From Marsupella aquatica (taxonomy: Eukaryota > Plantae > Marchantiophyta): DNA of 64,000 bases. Positions 61,493 to 64,000 of this stretch are shown here, piece by piece. The DNA is taken from positions 12,646,771-12,710,770 of the forward strand of contig OZ316891.1 of NCBI GenBank assembly GCA_973895155.1, written 5' to 3'. Position numbers and translations under genes: made by a program. The notes below the pieces were generated by a model. That model saw only the letters and a list, made by a program, of their open reading frames with translations, was not told the DNA's origin and ran no database searches. How positions within the stretch are numbered: the stretch's first letter is position 1; every line of letters begins with the position of its first letter.

Positions 61493-62563
61493 ATGGCGAC
61501 GCGGAGCTTAGCATGCAGTGGTCTTTTTCCCGTCTGCCCGGCAGTAGAGGGTGTGACTTCAACCTCCCTTAGTTGCTCGCGGATGGCTGCTGTTCCAGCT
61601 GGTCATCGGCTATCAGTCTCGAGAAGGAGACAACGATGGAATTGGAACATCAAGTGCAAAGCTCAGGCGGTGTCTGAGGAAACCCTGACGGGCAGTAGCA
61701 AGAGAAATGGTCAGTATACAGCGAAAGATCGAGTGGACATTCTGGCAGAAGCTTTGCCTTTCATCCAAAGGTTTCAGGGCAAAATTGTGGTGGTCAAGTA
61801 CGGCGGAGCTGCAATGAAGGATCCCTCCCTCAAAGATGGGGTCATCAAGGACCTCGTACTCCTATCGTGCGTGGGACTCCGCCCTGTCCTGGTGCACGGT
61901 GGTGGCCCGGAGATCAACAGCTGGCTGAACAAGTTAGGAATTGAGCCAAACTTCAAGAATGGGCTTAGGGTAACTGATGCAGCCACGATGGAAATTGTGG
62001 AGATGGTTCTCGTAGGTAAAGTGAACAAGTCTCTGGTCTCTCTCATCAATCGTGCAGGGGGAACGGCTGTGGGGATGTCCGGGAAGGATGGGAAGCTTCT
62101 CACAGCGAGGCCAGTGGGAGGAGACTTAGGGTTCGTAGGAGAAATCACGAAAGTGGATACTGGAGTCTTACGAGGACTTCTGAGAGACGGCCATATACCT
62201 GTTGTGGCAACTGTTGGAGCAGATAAAGACGGGCAAGCGTACAACATCAATGCTGATACTGCAGCTGGGGAAATAGCTGCATCCCTAGGGGCTGAAAAGC
62301 TGATCCTCATGACTGACGTACCTGGAGTCATGATAGACCCAAAGGACAAGGATACTTTGGTTAAGGAAGTGGACATTAAAGGGGTCAGGCAATTGGTGGC
62401 TGATGGGGTTATCTCGGGTGGTATGATCCCAAAAGTAGGATGCTGCGTGCGGTCTCTGGCCCAGGGAGTGAGAGCAGGGCATATCATTGATGGAAGGGAA
62501 CCTCATTCGTTGCTTTTGGAAATTTTGACGGACGAAGGGGCTGGTACCATGATAACAGGGTGA
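61493..62563 (+). CDS. NAGK: Plastid N-acetylglutamate kinase, intronless CDS, 356 aa
   Basis: Transit peptide, then [85 protein letters not shown]. Confidence 0.96.
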   Translation: MATRSLACSGLFPVCPAVEGVTSTSLSCSRMAAVPAGHRLSVSRRRQRWNWNIKCKAQAVSEETLTGSSKRNGQYTAKDRVDILAEALPFIQRFQGKIVVVKYGGAAMKDPSLKDGVIKDLVLLSCVGLRPVLVHGGGPEINSWLNKLGIEPNFKNGLRVTDAATMEIVEMVLVGKVNKSLVSLINRAGGTAVGMSGKDGKLLTARPVGGDLGFVGEITKVDTGVLRGLLRDGHIPVVATVGADKDGQAYNINADTAAGEIAASLGAEKLILMTDVPGVMIDPKDKDTLVKEVDIKGVRQLVADGVISGGMIPKVGCCVRSLAQGVRAGHIIDGREPHSLLLEILTDEGAGTMITG

Positions 62564-64000
62564 TCGAGCCGGTGGGAGACCGCGTGCTTGTGCATTTGAA
62601 AGTTTATTTCAAGGCATATTTCTTCCAATCTCTCGGATCAAACTTTGAATCTAGTTACTCGAGGTTGCATATGGAGATGCAAAATGGCAATCCCCAGCTG
62701 CATAGATTATGATACGGAGGCTGTTTTATGAGAGTAGTTCGTTTCTTGCAATTTTGCTTTCTTCTACAAAGAGGAAACATCGTCTTAGAATTGTTGATCG
62801 CCCGGGGGTTTTGTAATCTAGTAGTTTTCATGGCCTTAGTTGCCTCACACCAGTCTACAATGATGGAGGCGGCCATTTAGAACATCCTCCATGCATTCTT
62901 ATCGATTCTTAAACCATATAAATTCGCTCTGTTGCGTTGCTTAATCCTTATCACACCGGAGACATCGCACTGTCATGTATTGGAAATTGTACCAAGTAAA
63001 TGTCCCTCTACTGTAGTTGTCCAGTATTCTGAATAGGACTTTCAGTTGTTCAATAGCCCACAGAGTCGATTTCTATCCCACACCGCTGCAGTAATGGCTT
63101 CTGTCGAGAAGTAGCAATGAGGAGTTTGAGACAAGTCGTGCTCAGTTGCAAGAAAACCTGCACCAAGCCGGGCCATGCCGGTCTTCTCTCCAAAATCTGC
63201 CCTTCCCTGTTGTGCAGCTGTCCAATTAAATCTAAGCTGCATACTAACTACAGTTGCAAACCCTTGTTCTTAATTAGTGAATCTTTGTTTTTGGTTCTGC
63301 AGAAGTCATCCTTGCAAGGATTCATGCCTTCAATTTACAATGCGCTTACATGCCGTCCAGGATCTCCTTTCTGTGACAAAGGGATGAAGGAGGATCTATG
63401 GGTGTGTAAGTAGGAGAAAATATTACCGTGTCAATAGAGGGAACCCACGCATATTGGATTGATTACACCAAAAATGAATATAAAGGACTAAGTATTGTTA
63501 CTCCTACGTCAAATGTGCAGAAGTGAAAGGTTCCATTATATATTGCATATTTGGGCACCATAGATCCTCCATGCTTGTCAATCAAGAGAATGTCAGGTGA
63601 CCAACAAGATCATCCTCAAAAACCAAAGGATTGCCACGTAACGCTGACAGAAAGGAGAAACACTGATGCCACCTCTTGTCAATTGCAGAACTTGTCACTC
63701 ACCTTGAATACAACTCAGCCACAATGAAGGCACTTTTTATGACACTATTTGGCATAATTTGGGCAGAATCCTAAACCCTTGGTACGATCCGGCGAGCTTT
63801 ACTTTCCTCCCTCCTAAACCTTCAAAACTCGTTACAGAAAATTTGAAAATAAACTCTTGTTTTACTTTATTGCACCATACTTGTTTTTCTATTAGTTCTT
63901 CTTCATGATTGTAGCTCCAACGACATCACTGTAGCCAATGTAGCTACCATTTAAAAAGTTTAAGAAATTTGAACAAGATCGTACAAGACGGCCTTTGATG

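Noticed and set aside
61774-62487. 237 aa antisense ORF inside NAGK, and similar antisense ORFs in SDP1, PIF1 and the lectin kinase
   Set aside because: Shadow frames of real coding sequence; no recognisable motifs

Overview
Gene-rich eukaryotic nuclear DNA from a land plant, most likely a non-seed lineage such as a liverwort (inferred from intron style, plastid-targeted genes and a canonical non-Helitron PIF1). Seven protein-coding genes can be reconstructed by eye: SDP1-type patatin TAG lipase (-), PIF1 helicase with a long CCHC-tipped tail (-), L-type lectin receptor kinase (-), plastid ABCD2-type half transporter (+), Aladin nucleoporin (+), TSR1 (+) and N-acetylglutamate kinase with an intronless CDS (+). 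Intergenic DNA holds a decayed Ty1/copia element, three copies of one ~350 bp solo LTR, tRNA-derived repeats, tandem repeats and an orphan RNase H1 N-terminal/viroplasmin domain. Most interesting signals: (1) a ~340 bp miniature LTR retroelement (PBS + PPT) whose two LTRs each carry a tRNA-like Pol III promoter; (2) two lectin-kinase introns that still look like tandem duplicates of the flanking exons, i.e. intron birth by duplication; (3) a 58 bp antisense copy of SDP1 coding sequence just past its own stop codon; (4) an AT-AC minor-spliceosome intron in Aladin; (5) an Aladin intron/exon fragment copied into the ABCD2 leader. All alignments and splice sites were read manually and need computational confirmation.
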